The notes beneath the pieces were generated by a model, which did no database searches, was not told the DNA's origin, and was given only the letters and a program-made list of their open reading frames with translations. This document shows positions 39,401 through 53,253 of a stretch of 64,000 bases of DNA, in pieces. How positions within the stretch are numbered: position 1 is the first letter of the stretch; every line of letters starts with the position of its first letter. Both the position numbers and the translations under genes were made by a program. Source of the stretch: Vermamoeba vermiformis (taxonomy: Eukaryota); NCBI GenBank assembly GCA_045837725.1, contig JBEWZL010000246.1, positions 124,001 to 188,000 of the forward strand, read 5' to 3'.

Positions 39401-41604
39401 GGCTAGTCCATAACATTTCAAATGAAACACTTAAATAATTTAAACAATTAATAACTAGACGAATGCAACGACGTGAATTTTATTTATGCCGCTCTAATTA
39501 TGATTAAATTTGAACGGTAGTTTTCTTCTCGTCTCTAATGTTCTTATTATTTGCAGTACTGGGTGATCGGCTTCATATATTTGCATCTGTTTTGGGTTGT
39601 CGTGCAAACAATCCGACGAGTGGGCAGGCCAGGCATTCTGTGGTTCTTAAGAGATCCAGACGATCCGAACGAACATTTCATCCGCGATTTGGTCACCAAG
39701 CCGATGTACAATCTCGTGCGCGCTATTTTTATCTCAGTGGCTTTGCACACTATGTTAATCTTTGTTAACTTGACTTTACCACTGCACGTGATCCAACTGA
39801 TCCAAGATCGTGGTAAGAAAATCGAAACTTGATCTCTAAACTAATAGAATAGTATCAAATGAGCATAACATAGAATGATATAATATTAATAGTAATATAG
39901 TGGTAATTAAGTACTAATATGGAATTTCTGTTCAGGCCTGATTGCGTACAAGATTTTACCGTTCAATTTCCGATTCTACGAAGCGTTCACTGAAGTAACG
40001 TCATTCGCATTATTGATCAATTACTTCGTGCCGTTATTGTTCAAATATGTCAAGCCGAAGGACGCAGTCATGTACTTGATCCGCGAGTGGTTCGCGTTTA
40101 TCGGAGAATTATTGGAAATTACTCCGTTCTTGTTGCCTACTCACGCCAACAATGCCGTCGTACCGAATAATAATAACAACGTTAATAACAACAATGAAGA
40201 TGCGAACGACGAGAATAATAACAATAACAATAATAATGGACCTCAATTGCAAAATGTTGGTGCGCTGCCCAAACCGAGCTTTTATGTGCTAAGAGTAAGT
40301 CTAAATATGATTTTTATTAAATATGTATTCTAATGTTTATTTAGATTATCGTATTTGGCTTGGCTACTGTCGGTTATTTAGTGCTCATCAATTTGATTCT
40401 CATTTGCTTGCCTCGTACGGATTTTAAAAATGTGATGAAATTTCATCCTAATAATTGATTATTTTATAGTCATATTCGGACGTCTGATGATCATTTTTGC
40501 CACGAGAGTGTTGAACTATTTGATGGACAAGCCGAACCCTCCTGCAAGTAAGTCACGGCCATATTTAATTATTATTATTATTGCATCATTGGTATTAATA
40601 TTTTATGGTCTTAGTTGAATCAACAGCTGCCATTAACGATCTTTACGCGTACTTTTTTGGCGTGGTCTTTGTCAGCGCTGTTTCATCGGGCATTGTGCTG
40701 CTAGTCTCGCTTTATAACCGCATGCACAATCGTTTACGAGCCAATCAGCAGCTGCGCCAATTCGCCTTTGAAATCAACGGCACGATCGTTGTCAAGGCCC
40801 TGTTCGTTGTGTGGCGGTTAGTGGCTTGGTTGGGCACGTTGGTCGCGGTCTTCTTTGTCATCCCGCTGTTATTTGGCATCGTCATCGACTTTGCCTTGCT
40901 GATGCCATTCAGAGTGACCAACTATCAAACAGCTATATTCTATCCATTAGGCGTAAGTACCGCTTAAACTTGGTGTTGTACGTGGATCCGGATCTAAACT
41001 TTTTATTCCGTAGAACTACGTTACTGGTCTTATAGTGTTCAAGACATGGCACTCAATGATGAAACTCGAGCTCGAGACTCGATGGTTTGCAGTTTGGACG
41101 CAATTGCAAGCAGACAATTACCTCAACTTGACGCACTGGTGGGTGTTGCTGATCTTGCCGCTGACTAAGTCCCTTGCCACACTGTTGTTCGTGCCGTATT
41201 TCTTTGCGCGTGGTGTCATCCCTCTATTTGGTAAGTATACTACTAGTACCTCCAAATATAACCAGATCCTTTGGAACGGACCTAAAATTTTTACGGATGT
41301 GCTGATTTTTTGCTTGAATATGATTATTAATATCGATATATTAGGCCTATCAACAGTTATTGAAGCAACAGTATTCAGATTCTCGTTTATTAGCTTTGCG
41401 AGTCTGCTTTTGTTAGTCACTTTGACACGAATGGCCGTTGTGTTTTTGCGCAGATTGCATCAGAAGATTATTGACGACAGATACTTGCGTGGCATGCAAC
41501 TGCATAATTATGAGAACGCTAATCAGCAACAACAGGCTCAACCTCAAAATGACGTCGCTAACCAACAAATTAATCCGCAACAGAATGATATCGCTGTTCA
41601 ATAA
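36471..41604 (+). CDS. MARCH6: MARCH6/Doa10 RING-CH membrane E3 ubiquitin ligase
   Basis: [40 protein letters not shown]-domain [15 protein letters not shown]; many TM segments; C-terminal [12 protein letters not shown]. Confidence 0.95.
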
Positions 41605-41888
41605 TGAGGATCAAAAATTGTAATTCATTTGCATGTAAATACAACTTTCTTTTTTTAATTCAATATTCAGAGACGAATCTGATACTCAAGCTACTTCTGT
41701 GGCGACACTTACCGAAGAATTTTGCTCACTAAAAGGAACCTAAACTTGTGCTACTTTTCTCGCCTGTTCCTTTGTTTAAAAGGCAAAGTAGCGGAAAAAT
41801 GAGAAGTTTATTTATTTTTTGTTCAATCTTGTCACCACTACGTAAATTGAGAAGCAATTATCTAAATATTGGCCACGTGTATCCAGTA

Positions 41889-43788
41889 ATGGAAAGATTA
41901 GAGAAGATAACAACGAGGCTGTCGATCGAAAGGAGCTTCTTTCAAAATATTAATTATTTGGTAATTCCATTCACTTAGAGTTTAGCTAATAGCAAGAAAA
42001 TATTAATCAATAAAATTATGAACAGTCTATATCGCCCTCTGGGTCGGACATTGAGGGATCGCTGGAAGATTATTTTCAATCATTATCCTCGCTATCTAAG
42101 TAAGCCATCTAAGCGCAATAAATAATAAATAAATATTTATATCTAGATTTATGCATTTACGGGTCAATTCAAAGGCAATGAAAGCTGCAGCGGCATCCGA
42201 TCGAATTCTGACTCTCTTCGCTACAACGTATTATTTGGTTAGTATAATTACCAGAATGCGTTATTAAAAATATATTTCAGGCCCCTCTTTCGTATGGTCG
42301 AGCTGACAAGGACCGAGTGCAAAATGAAGATCAAGGATCTCAATTGGCATCCTGTGCATCCAGACATATTAGCAGTACGTATTTGATTTATATATATCTA
42401 TGTAATATGGACGCGAGGGTGCGAGTCCGAAATCGCAATTAGCTGCCGATATCAGATCTCACCAACAATAATTTCGTTTCAGAATTTGTTATTAACAATA
42501 ATTTATTTTAAATAGGTCTTATTTTTAGATCACATAACTGTATACAATATTAGCAACAACGAGCTCAATCAAATTTGTTCGCTTCAACTGAGCCATGCAA
42601 TTGAGTGCCGATGGAATAAGCGAGGAAATGTCCTAATATGGTGCGTATGACCCGATTAGTTCTAATTATATCTTAATAAATCAAAAGAAAGCGTATTAAC
42701 TCCCTATTAATATGTAGTACAACGAACGAAGAATTAATTGCGTACGAGTGGCAATTTAATGATGAAAAAACGAGTAATATTGATTGGAGCCGGTTTAAAG
42801 TACGTTAATTACAGTAATTAAATAATTTATGTACATATTAGGACTAATATGCCTTTTTTTTATTGTCAGAAACATGAGTTAATCACGTGCCGTTCAATGA
42901 AAAATATTACCTTTTATGGCAATGATAACTATATTTGGACCTATTCTACGCCGAATTTGACAATACCAAATAAGGAAACATTAGTCGCGTCGAAAAAACA
43001 CCAAAACAGTCTCGACGACATGATTAGACCGAAAGAGGGTAGCAAGCCACTAGGAATATTAGACTCATTGACAAATATTTCCAGTAATTTGTTACTTCAA
43101 GCCGAAGAAATTCAAACGGAGAGCGATGAAATTACAAAAGAATTGCCGAGAATTCATTTGATCAGATTCGACGAGGCTGCGAGCAGATTATACGAACTAC
43201 ATTCAATAGAGCATGCTAATATAACACCACATTCGATGATGGATTATAATGTAAGTATTATTCATGCAAATAACATTGCTGTAATATTAAAATTATTTTC
43301 AGGAACAAAAAAGAATATTGCTCATCGGATCCAAGCAAAAAATCGACCTGTTTGATTGCAATAATACCGAGAATTCCCCTAAGTATATTACTACATGGGT
43401 AAGTCAAGCTCGTTATTTTACGTTGTTTGCTCGGTCTCAAAATACTTCAATACAGGATCTGCCGTTAACATTGCTTGGCTTGAAATGCGAGAAAAATCAG
43501 GTGATTTTGTTCTTAGGAGAACAACAAGGCTCTAACAACAACAACTCGTTCTTATCATTCGATACATCGAGGAAGTATACCAACTTGGAACTATGGCAAA
43601 TTAAATTGCCTATTATGGAAAAACCAACGACAGCGCCACAAGAAGTTATCCAATTAAATGTTAAGAACGAAAATAGTGCCATTTTAAGTGCTATTCAGAA
43701 CTTGAAATTGTTCGTCGAAGATCAGTTCAGCCGCGTCAACGAGCGATTAGACAGAATTGAAGCTACGCTTAAAATCAACAAACAATAA
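41889..43788 (+). CDS. WD40-repeat plus C-terminal coiled-coil protein, WDCP (C2orf44)-like; start uncertain
   Basis: Exons encode IKDLNWHPVHPDILAVL, CRWNKRGNVLI, IHLIRF, VILFLGEQQ..SFL and a terminal coiled coil (LSAIQNLKLFVEDQFSRVNERLDRIE). Confidence 0.5.
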
Positions 43789-44082
43789 TCATTGAGGCAA
43801 TAAATCATATTATCGAGCATTATTGATCGATCGCATTTCGAGCCGCATCACGACAAATCTTGTTCCAGGTATGCATCGAGAGCGCAAGGAATGGGACTAT
43901 ATTGATAGAGCTGGTCGTTGCGAGCGATATTTTTGACTATTTAGTTAATTTTTCAAAAATGACCCGTTTTTGTACGAACCTCTTTTTTGTAGAACTGTGG
44001 CATTTGAAAGTAGCTATTTTGTCGGCAACCACAACAGCATTTTTTGGTATTATATATATATTTTGTAGTCGTATAACATTCA

Positions 44083-47000
44083 ATGTAAGTAAGCGGAAGC
44101 AGATGCTTGGATCGCGATCTGCTTTCATCTTTCGCCTTTCCAAGAATTTTAAAAAATATGTTCTAGCTATTTAAATAACATTACTTCATTGATATAAATT
44201 TTAAGCCTACCATTCTATTTTTAAATTTGTTTGGGCATTTAAAATTAATCTTTATTCTGAAAATCGAGACTATTTTAATTAGCGCTACTAATATGGTAAT
44301 TCTGTATTAATAATATTATTATAGGGAGGCCATTAGAATACACTATTTGTTAAATGCCGCTTTCAAGCATTTACTTCAGATCTTCAAAGATCGCTTCCGC
44401 CAGAAAACAAACACAGAGTGGACAGATGGGCCAGAGAGTGGCAAATATTACCTTAAGAATATTAGTATGCTCGAGAGGTGCACTTCGGACAAGCGAGCTG
44501 CCGTTCGATCAGGCATTTCTTCGGATTGGGACTTGTCCACCCTCGTGACTGCTATCCTGCATATTGATTTGGCTCCAACAGCCCAAAGAACCAAAGAAAA
44601 CATTCATATCGACCACATTAAAGAAATTCGAAACTACTTGGCGCACTCAACCAGCCAAGAGTCGATCCAACTCGATCAACAAAAGTTCGAACAGTTCTTC
44701 AAACAGCTCAAAGAGGCATTGCTATTCTTCGGCGAGAGTGAAAAAGAGATTGACAAGTATCACAATAGCGATATCAATTCATTCAGCTCGTCTTCAGGAA
44801 CAACAGATCCCGAGTTCACGCGGATGAAGAACGAAGGTGAAGCAGCCGTCAAGTCGAAACAGTTCTCAAAAGCAATAGAGTGCTTCACAAAGGCACTTGC
44901 ATGCACCAAAGTTAGTCAGAACGAACGAGCTGCAGTGCTGGTGCTGCGTTCAGACGCCAGTTTTGAGCTGCGTAAACAACGCAAAGCCAACAATGACACG
45001 AACTTTGATGTTGAGGCAGAGGAGCAGATGTTGAACAAGAGCTTGGCTGATCTTCGAAAGGCACGACAGTTGATGCCCAACATGCCAGACTTCTTCGCTA
45101 AGAAGGCACGAATTATGCTCGAAAAGCGAGACTTCAAGAAAGCTATCAAAGGTACTTACCATATATGGTCAATCATTTTAAAATATTAATGTGACTAACG
45201 CTGCTTATATAGCGTACAATGTCGCCATTGCATTGGATCCGAACAATGAAGAGCTGAAGATCGCACGAGGTGACGCGTTCAACCAAAATGTCAAGGCTAC
45301 TTCCAACGATCCAAGCAGCCTTCCAAGCACAATGCAAGAACGACTCAACACAGTAAGTCCTAAGTACCATTTGAATCGTCTAACAGCCAATAGATGAATT
45401 ACAATCAAGGCACAAAGCTTACAGAAGAGGCAATTGAAAATTTAATTAAAAAGATGGGCGGCGACGATGACGAAGGACACGGCGACTGTCTTCGTGCTCG
45501 AATGTTGTTAGAGAACACTGCTGGTTTGCCGAAGTTTGAGCAGGCGTTTGATTTGTTCATGAAAGCGGCGAACAAAGGCAACACCGAGGGCATGCTCCAA
45601 GTGGTACGTATTCGAACACTATGACTGCCCATAGACTAACCGAGTATAGTGTGTAATGTACAGTTATGGCCAGGGCGTTGTGCGTGATGCCCAAAAAGGT
45701 GCTCAGTGGTTTGAAAAGTTAGCACACTGTCCTATCAAGTCGAAGTACATTCACACTGACCCTTGTAAGTTCTTGCTCTTAAGGTTTAAAAGTCCTAACG
45801 AATATTATAGACGTTGCCAACGGTCAGTTCTCGTATGGCCAGTGCTTGATTGACGGTATTGGAGTTCCTCAAGACACTCAAGAAGGCATTAAGTGGATGA
45901 CCCTCGGAGCTGAGCACGGAGACACCTCCGCTTTGATAACACTCGGCAACATGTACCTCTACGGAATTCACGTGCCCAAGAACGAGAAAAAGGGATTTTC
46001 AATGATGCGTGACGCCGCCTTGAAGGGCTTAGCAATTGCAATGGACAGCGTTGGTGCTTGTTACGCAACGGGCCGTGGTGTTGACAGGAACTTAGTGGAG
46101 GCCAGGAAATGGTTTGAAAAGGCTATCAAAGCGGGCTACCACCAAGCACACAGTAATCTGACTCTCCTTGAAGACATGGAGGCGAGAGAGCCTGACATGG
46201 ATCCTACAGGCATTCCAAATGGTACGTATGGCTTGCAAACACACTGTTGGGCAAGAGTTGACCATCCTCTCAGATCAATTGTCTGCGGTTCGAAAGCTCG
46301 TGGAGGCGTCAACATCAGTTCCGCAAGTTAGTACAATCTCGAATGTTTCGCAAGAGCTCGTTAATATCTACAAATGTGTCACGAATTCAACCACTCCATT
46401 TGGCAAACGAATGCTTGAAGGCTTTTCACACATGTTACGAGCCATTCAAGTCGTCGATTACTGCAAAGTCGATGGCGTTACTGAAAGCACGGCGTTGCTA
46501 TTTGTTGAAGAGTTGTCAGCGGCAGCAAGGATCTCAGAGAAGATTGTATTCATCCCTCAAAGAGACGTCCCTGTGATGACCAAATTGATCGCCAACGCCA
46601 TGCGAAAGGACGAGACTGAAAGCGTTGCATTGTGCCACGCGCTCTTGATGATGCAAAATCCTCAACAGATGCCAACAGCCATGCAGTACTTGCGCTCGGC
46701 GACAAGAAAACACCCAACGTCAGCAATATTGCTCAAGTACTACGCGACTGCTCAAGTTTTGTGTGGCAAGAAAGATGGATCACTTTCATCGTTGACTGAA
46801 GCCATCAAAGTCAGCACCAAGAAAGACCCGTCGTTGTACTTGCCTCAAGCGCAGTGTTATCGCATGCTTGAACAACATCGCAAAGCCATTCCTGCGTACT
46901 TGGAGTGCCTTGAATGCTGTGAACCGGAGTCCTTTGAACGACCGGATGGTAAGCATTGATATTACGGGGATTACAAATACTAACCGTTGAATCAGCTTGC

Positions 47001-47978
47001 TTCGGCTTGGCTGCCAGTTATTTAGCGCTCGGAAAATTGGACGACGCAGAGAAGTATTATCACTTAGGCGTGGAAGCGCAGCAACAACAACTTGAGTGTT
47101 TCAGAAATGAACGAAACAACGTCAAGCAGTACGTTGAGGGCATGTTGATGATGGCAAGGCCAGGCTTTAACAAGACGTGAGTTTAAAGTGTTATATTGAA
47201 CCTGAGTACTTACCCTTATATTTTTAGTCCCAAGGCCACCAAGACACAAAGTACCACGCAGCAGAAGTCCAATGCGAGCACACAGACGACGACGTCTTCG
47301 ACCGGTCCAGAAGAACCAACTTACAAAAATGCTGATAGGCTTGAAAACATGAACAGAATTACGTTGGTTAAGCAGCAGAGACAAGTGTTCAACCAAATCG
47401 CTTCTCAAATGCAGATGGGAGTGACACAAGCAGTGTCTGTGGCACCACCAAGAGCGTCAAAGTATTCCAACGAAGCCAAGAAGGAAATTTTCTTAGACGA
47501 CATGGATTGGACTGCGGACAAGGTGTACAAGGGCTGTTTTATGCGCGCTACTGTAATCACTCGCGCTATGAAGATGGCCTCGTACATCACCATCATTGAA
47601 GACGACAAAGGTACAAACGAGCCTGAATTAATAGCAAAATAACTATTAGACTGACGCTAATTAATTAATGACGTAGGCGAGGCCATGCGAGCTGCGTTCT
47701 ATTTTGACATTTCGTTGAATGTTGGCTCAAAGATTATCATCTACAACCCTTACATGCGCATTGCAATGAACGACGGACAGCCAGTCATTCGCTGCGATGA
47801 TGCTAATGCCGTTGAAGTTGTTGCCACGCCTTACACTAATGTCTGTTGGTACTGCGGTGTGCCTGACACCGAGAAGAAGCTGAGCAAGTGTTCGAAGTGC
47901 CCGGCGTACTATTGCTCCAAGGACTGTCAAGTTAACGACTGGAAGAAGCTCAACCACAAACTTATCTGCTTTAGCTAA
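44083..47978 (+). CDS. DZIP3-like HEPN domain + TPR + Sel1-like repeats + TPR + MYND zinc finger protein
   Basis: WDLSTL..IKEIRNYLAH (HEPN RxxxxH); TPR KNEGEAAVKSKQFSKAIECFTKAL; Sel1 repeats LGNMYLYGIHVPKNEKKG and ACYATGRGVDRNLVEARKWF; MYND CWYC..KCSKCPAYYCSKDCQVNDWKKLNHKLIC. Start codon is split AT|G by intron 44085-44324. Confidence 0.82.
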
Positions 47979-48287
47979 TTGAAATCGCAGTTCGTTCGTC
48001 GGCAAGATTTTTTTCTTTCCTCAACAATCAAGAGGAACGATGAAGGAGAACAATGGCAATAAGAAAACGGTCGCTAAAGATGAACAATAAACGCGCCACG
48101 TTACCAGCAGCAGCGATTGAAGTTGCACCAAAAATTTTCACGATTCTAGCGGAATAGCTCTATCCAGCACTGGCAATACAATCACCGTTAGAACGCAATA
48201 TGATGCAAGATCAATTTGGAATTTAATGCATTGAACTTTATTTGACACGTGTCACAAACGAAACGATCTCAGAACGGAGATGCATTC

Positions 48288-48990
48288 TTAGAATTCAGAT
48301 TCCGAAGCAATTTTCTTCCACGTGGGACGTTCAGATACCAGGTTCCACCATCGAGCAAAATTCTTGTAACTGTTGAGCAGATCCACGTACTCTTTGTCGA
48401 GCTTGTTGTAGAGCAAGAAGGTAAAGGGCATGTAGACTATATCTATAAAGACTAACATTAGAATCAAATAGACTTTAAAAAAGAATGTCCGTAGACATAC
48501 CAGCGAGAGTAAATGTGTCGCCGACAAAGTAAGTGGATGTGGCCAGGTGACGATCAATAACTTCAAGAGCGACCTTCAATCTGTTGGTAGCATCACGCGC
48601 CTTCTCCATGTCACCTGCAAAACCAAACATCTTCGAGAAGATCAATTGCATCGCGACGTCTTCCACGGATCTGAAGTACGATTGTTCGACCGAGATCCAC
48701 TGCTCAATCAGAGCACGAGTACGAGGATCAGCAGGGTATAGAGTGCCTTTCTTATCATATTGAGAAGCAACGTATCGTGAAATAGCGCGGCTCTCGAAGA
48801 GTTGGAGATCTCCATCTTGAAGAACAGGGATTCGACCAAACGGATGTCGAACGAGAGGTTCAGAAGTCTTGAGCTGGTTGAAGGGTACGATGATCATATC
48901 ATATTGAGCTTCTGCTTCATCTAGTGCCATGAGTGCGTAGCGTGTGTGAACGGATCCACGAAGACCAACGAGTTTGAGCTGCTTTGACAT
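48288..48990 (-). CDS. Glutathione S-transferase (Phi/Theta-like), 2 exons
   Basis: HPFGRIPVLQDGDLQLFESRAISRY, YFVGDTFTLADIVYMP, RWWNLVSERPTW. Confidence 0.92.
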
Positions 48991-49524
48991 TATGATTGGT
49001 TGTTGAGTGCTTGTTTGGTTTGAATTAATACAAACTAACCTAACAATATCGAATATTTATATTTTCTTAATTACCGCCTTCGATTCCATTTATGGTAAGG
49101 AAGGAGAACCAATGTTCAGAGAAAAAAGCGCCGCTGTAAAATCTTTCCTAAAATCCCCTTTCGATCTATAAATATTGTTACTCGAATCATCCTTAGCGCC
49201 GCCAACGGCTTCCGGAAGACAACAAAGAACACAATCGCCAAATCCACAAACTGACGCAGAACCTCTGGTTCTCTAAGTAATAATAAACAATTATTATACC
49301 CTACTAGGCCTCGTCACATTAAATGACGTTCTTGTCAACGGTGTAAAGATATGAATTCATTTTTTCGCTGAATTGTTTTTATTCCGAGCAAACGTAACCA
49401 CAGCCCTAGTTATGGCTTCTAAAAAAGAGCTAACACAAACCGAACCACAACTGGTCCCGTCGGATAACATTACTTTTCTCTTTTATTTCCGAAAAACCAG
49501 GATGTACCTCACACAGCGCAAAAA

Positions 49525-52358
49525 ATGACTTCAATAGATCAAAAACGAAAGTTTGATATTTCAGCAACAAACGATTCAGATGAAGCAACAGAACCTCAAA
49601 CAAAAAAACAAAAACTCGATCTGACATCCAACAACGACCAAAAATCGTCAAAAAATCAGCAAAATAACGACAATGTAGCTGAAAGTATTGAAGTGCAACT
49701 AGAACTTCCACCAGAAATTTTAGTGTCAATATTTTGTCAACTTGCGCGCGCAGATCTTTCTTGTGCAGGAGCCGTTTGTCAACATTGGTGGCTTGTATCG
49801 AAAGATGAATCATTGGCTTGGTTTCCTCTGAAAACTTTTACCTTTTTAGAAGACACTTATGCTTATTCAATGTATTCACTGTGTGTGTCAGGCGTGAGAG
49901 AGAAGGATCTTTACTTTCCTAACTCGCACCCGGACCGAAAGAAGCTTTATCCCAACGCAGGACCACCAGTTAAACTCAAATCCATAGAATGTCAAAAAGG
50001 AGCGTTTTTCGCAATCGTATGTCTTGCCCAACGGATCGTACTTTCGTTCAAAATTTTTATTGACCGCAGTTTAAATAGCTCACCGACAAACAAGGAAATT
50101 CCGCGGCACTTGCTCTTGATGAAGCCAGTCCCAGATTTAACGAAAACCTTATGGAAGCGTTAAACCACACTGAATATTTTCGGCTCATTTTGTCCGGCGT
50201 TGTGAGCAATAATTCACCAGGCTCGCCAGAATCTTGGAGATATTATATCTCCTATGAAGCAAACTTAAGCAAGTACGTCTCGTTTATTAAAACGTCACCT
50301 CGCTCATGAGTTAATTTTCTACATTGCAAAGGGTTGAACAAAACATTAGAGCAGGGGAAGGAGTTGCGATAGCCATACCATTCAGACAAGTTGCACTGCA
50401 AAAACTTTTGGAGAAGTATCAAGATCCAACATCAATCGACCAATACTTCAAGCCAACGGAGTCTTACTTGCCCACTGTACGTAAAATTCAATCAAACAAT
50501 TACTACGCATTAGATATTTATCTTCATTTCTAGGTTCTTCCTGCCATTACCGAACAGCCTCAATCGTTGACAGGTGTCAAATTGCACAACTATCAAATCA
50601 ACGCAATCAATTGGATGGTCACTACCGAACAAGAGGCTGATGAGAGTAAGTGATTAAAATAAGTCTCAATAAGATAACCCTTCATAACGCACCTGCATTG
50701 TGACAGAGTTCGAAGTGTCTCCGCTGCTTGACACAGGAGTGCCGAACATTTTGGTGAAGTACACGACGCAAGAAGAGAAGCTCGTGTTGTTCGAAAACGC
50801 AAGTGAACACAACTTGGCGTTCAAACCGAAAGGCGGAGTGCTCGCTGATGAAATGGGCCTCGGCAAAACCCTTGAAATGCTTGGCTTGATACTTTCAAAT
50901 CCAATGAATCAAGCGCCGAAGAATGATCCGTACTTTGCGACCAAGGCAACTCTAGGTAAGTAGTCTAGCGCTAAATGACAAAACGAGGCTTAATCTATGA
51001 CCTTTAAGTGCTGTGTCCAAACCATCTTGTTGACCAATGGGTGAAAGAGATTGAAAAACATTCAGAACCAAAATTGAACGTGATTAAAATGCCAACAATT
51101 GCACAAGTCAAGAAGATCAGTTATCAACAAATCATCGATGCTGGTAAGATCTTACCTTGAATGCAACTAAAATAACTTCTAACCGTTCATTAGATGTTGT
51201 TGTTGTGATGTACAACTTGCTCAAAAACAAAAACTATCTTTCGTACCCGAGTCACGGCTCACAAATCAAAATGGACGCTGCAGTACCGCACGATCGCATT
51301 GACCGCATCGATAAATTGCTTGAAGAGCTGAAGGACAAGTCGCCTGAGAAGATCAAAGGAGTGATTCTTGATCACTTTCATTGGCACCGCATTGTCATGG
51401 ATGAAGGTCACGAAGTCATTGGCGATGAGTTCACGATGGGTAGGACTTTCCTAATTTGGTAATTTTGTTCGATCGAAATTAACTTGGCGTTCGTAGATGT
51501 CATCAATTATTTGCAACGAACATTCTCGTGGTACATGAGTGGCACTCCTTTTCCTAAAATGTACGTAGCATTGTTAGTCGGAAGGAAATATTAATTGTTC
51601 CGCTCTGTCAATAGACAGGCACTAGAAGGAGTTAGAACGTTTTTGGACATTTTTGTAGAGCGAACAATTTCTCTTCACGACGACTTCATTCCAGGACATG
51701 ATAAGTTTACTCGTGACAATTGGGTTGATCATTTTTGTCGGCCTTTGACCGAGGTTTGCGTAGAGTAAGAAATTTCAACCATGCGAACAGATGTTTTGTA
51801 ATCTCCTGACTCTGATTTTTTTAATAGGAGCGTGTTGAATCAGTTTTTGATGGATAACTTGGTCTGGCGCAATACCAATGTAAGCTTTTTCGACTGAGGC
51901 TTTGTTGATGGCGTCCTAGATGTTATTTTATTTTCCTAATTTTGCGTGATATCGCCTAACTAACTCGATGTCTCAGCAACGTGTACAAGAAGAACAAAGC
52001 ACTCAAGAAGTTCAAAGCCGATGAGTCAGACGTGCAAGTGATTCTTTTGAGCTTGAGTAAAGCTGCGTCAGGAACCAACTTGATTGAAGCGAGTCACGTG
52101 CTCTTGATGGGTATGAAATTTCATTAGCCAATCATTTTGAAGCCCACTAATGCTATGATTATAGACCCAATGACAGGCACAAAAGAAGAAGCACAAGCGT
52201 ACGAGAATCAAGCGATTGGACGAGAACAACGACAAGGTCAAACTAAGCCAGTGACAGTGGTGCGGTTTGTGATCAAAAACACGATTGAACACGAGTTCTA
52301 TATTCGCAACACTGGCCAGTGTGTTGAACAGAAGTCACTCAAAGCTCGTTCGAAGTAG
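49525..52358 (+). pseudogene. F-box + SNF2-family (Rad5/SHPRH-like) ATPase gene with an apparent internal deletion (pseudogene or assembly gap)
   Basis: F-box LPPEILVSIFCQL..VCQHW; helicase motifs GGVLADEMGLGKT, WHRIVMDEGH, SGTP, SGTNL and QAIGR. The region between WRNT and motif V is missing, and the exon phases across 51880-51976 are incompatible. Confidence 0.65.
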
Positions 52359-52635
52359 CGGCTTTGGTACTTTGATCGCAAATAACAATAACAATTAATT
52401 GAGCTTTATCATAAATCGGGATTTAGCCAAAGACACTTTTAAATAATCACGCATATAAATTCTTCGGTGAAGCGCACGAAAACCCGCTGTCTTATTGCCA
52501 ATAAAGTTCTTGGCCGTTTGTGACATCGAAATATACAGGGATAGGAGCTAATATAGATATTAATTAGCGCTCTATTGTAACAAGATGTTCGTTAACCGAA
52601 TTCTAGCACAATAGTCACTGGCCGTAAAAATTTAT

Positions 52636-53253
52636 TTAGAATCCAGTGCAAGTAGCAATAAAAGGTAAGGGGAAACTAGGATGCATGGTGCATGTGTTAG
52701 TGGGGATATTGACAGACTGACCAAGCTGTTGGCAATTGGCACCTTGGTAGAGATTCAGCGTAGCGGATCCGTCTTTGGAGCAGGAAATGTAGACCGATTG
52801 GTAAGGATTAGAAGATGAATAAATGACGCTATTATGGCACTGATTGATAGACGAGGCTGCAATATAATATGGATCTCCGGGGCAATCTTTTTCCATGTAA
52901 AATTGCAAAGTGCCGTAGCTCGATCCATAGACAGAGTAGTCGGGAGCGCCAGAAGAGCAAGTAAGATAAAGATTCTTATTGCACTCGCCCATAGACTGAA
53001 CGATACCCACTTTGCAAGTAGAGCACGTCGGAGATCCTCTGCAATTGTATTCGGTGTATTCTGAGCCTGAGCAACTGCCGTAGTTGGTAGATCCCCATAA
53101 ACTGTAGCAAGATCCAGTAAAGTAGGTGCCCCAGCCTTCAATAGTAGTGCCGTTGCATCTTCTATTCAAAAGCCAAGTAGATTCGACCGACGAGATCGAG
53201 GCAAAAATAAAGACGGCGGAGAAAATGAGTGAGGCAATCGAAAAGATCTTCAT
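52636..53253 (-). CDS. Secreted cysteine-rich protein
   Basis: Single exon with a signal peptide; the mature N-terminus TWxxxRxC and the Cys spacing are shared with 19881-20519. Confidence 0.75.
   Translation of the reverse strand: MKIFSIASLIFSAVFIFASISSVESTWLLNRRCNGTTIEGWGTYFTGSCYSLWGSTNYGSCSGSEYTEYNCRGSPTCSTCKVGIVQSMGECNKNLYLTCSSGAPDYSVYGSSYGTLQFYMEKDCPGDPYYIAASSINQCHNSVIYSSSNPYQSVYISCSKDGSATLNLYQGANCQQLGQSVNIPTNTCTMHPSFPLPFIATCTGF

Noticed and set aside
38660-40240. AAC/AAT tandem repeats as a possible repeat array
   Set aside because: They are in-frame Asn-rich low-complexity loops of MARCH6, with no repeat-spacer structure.
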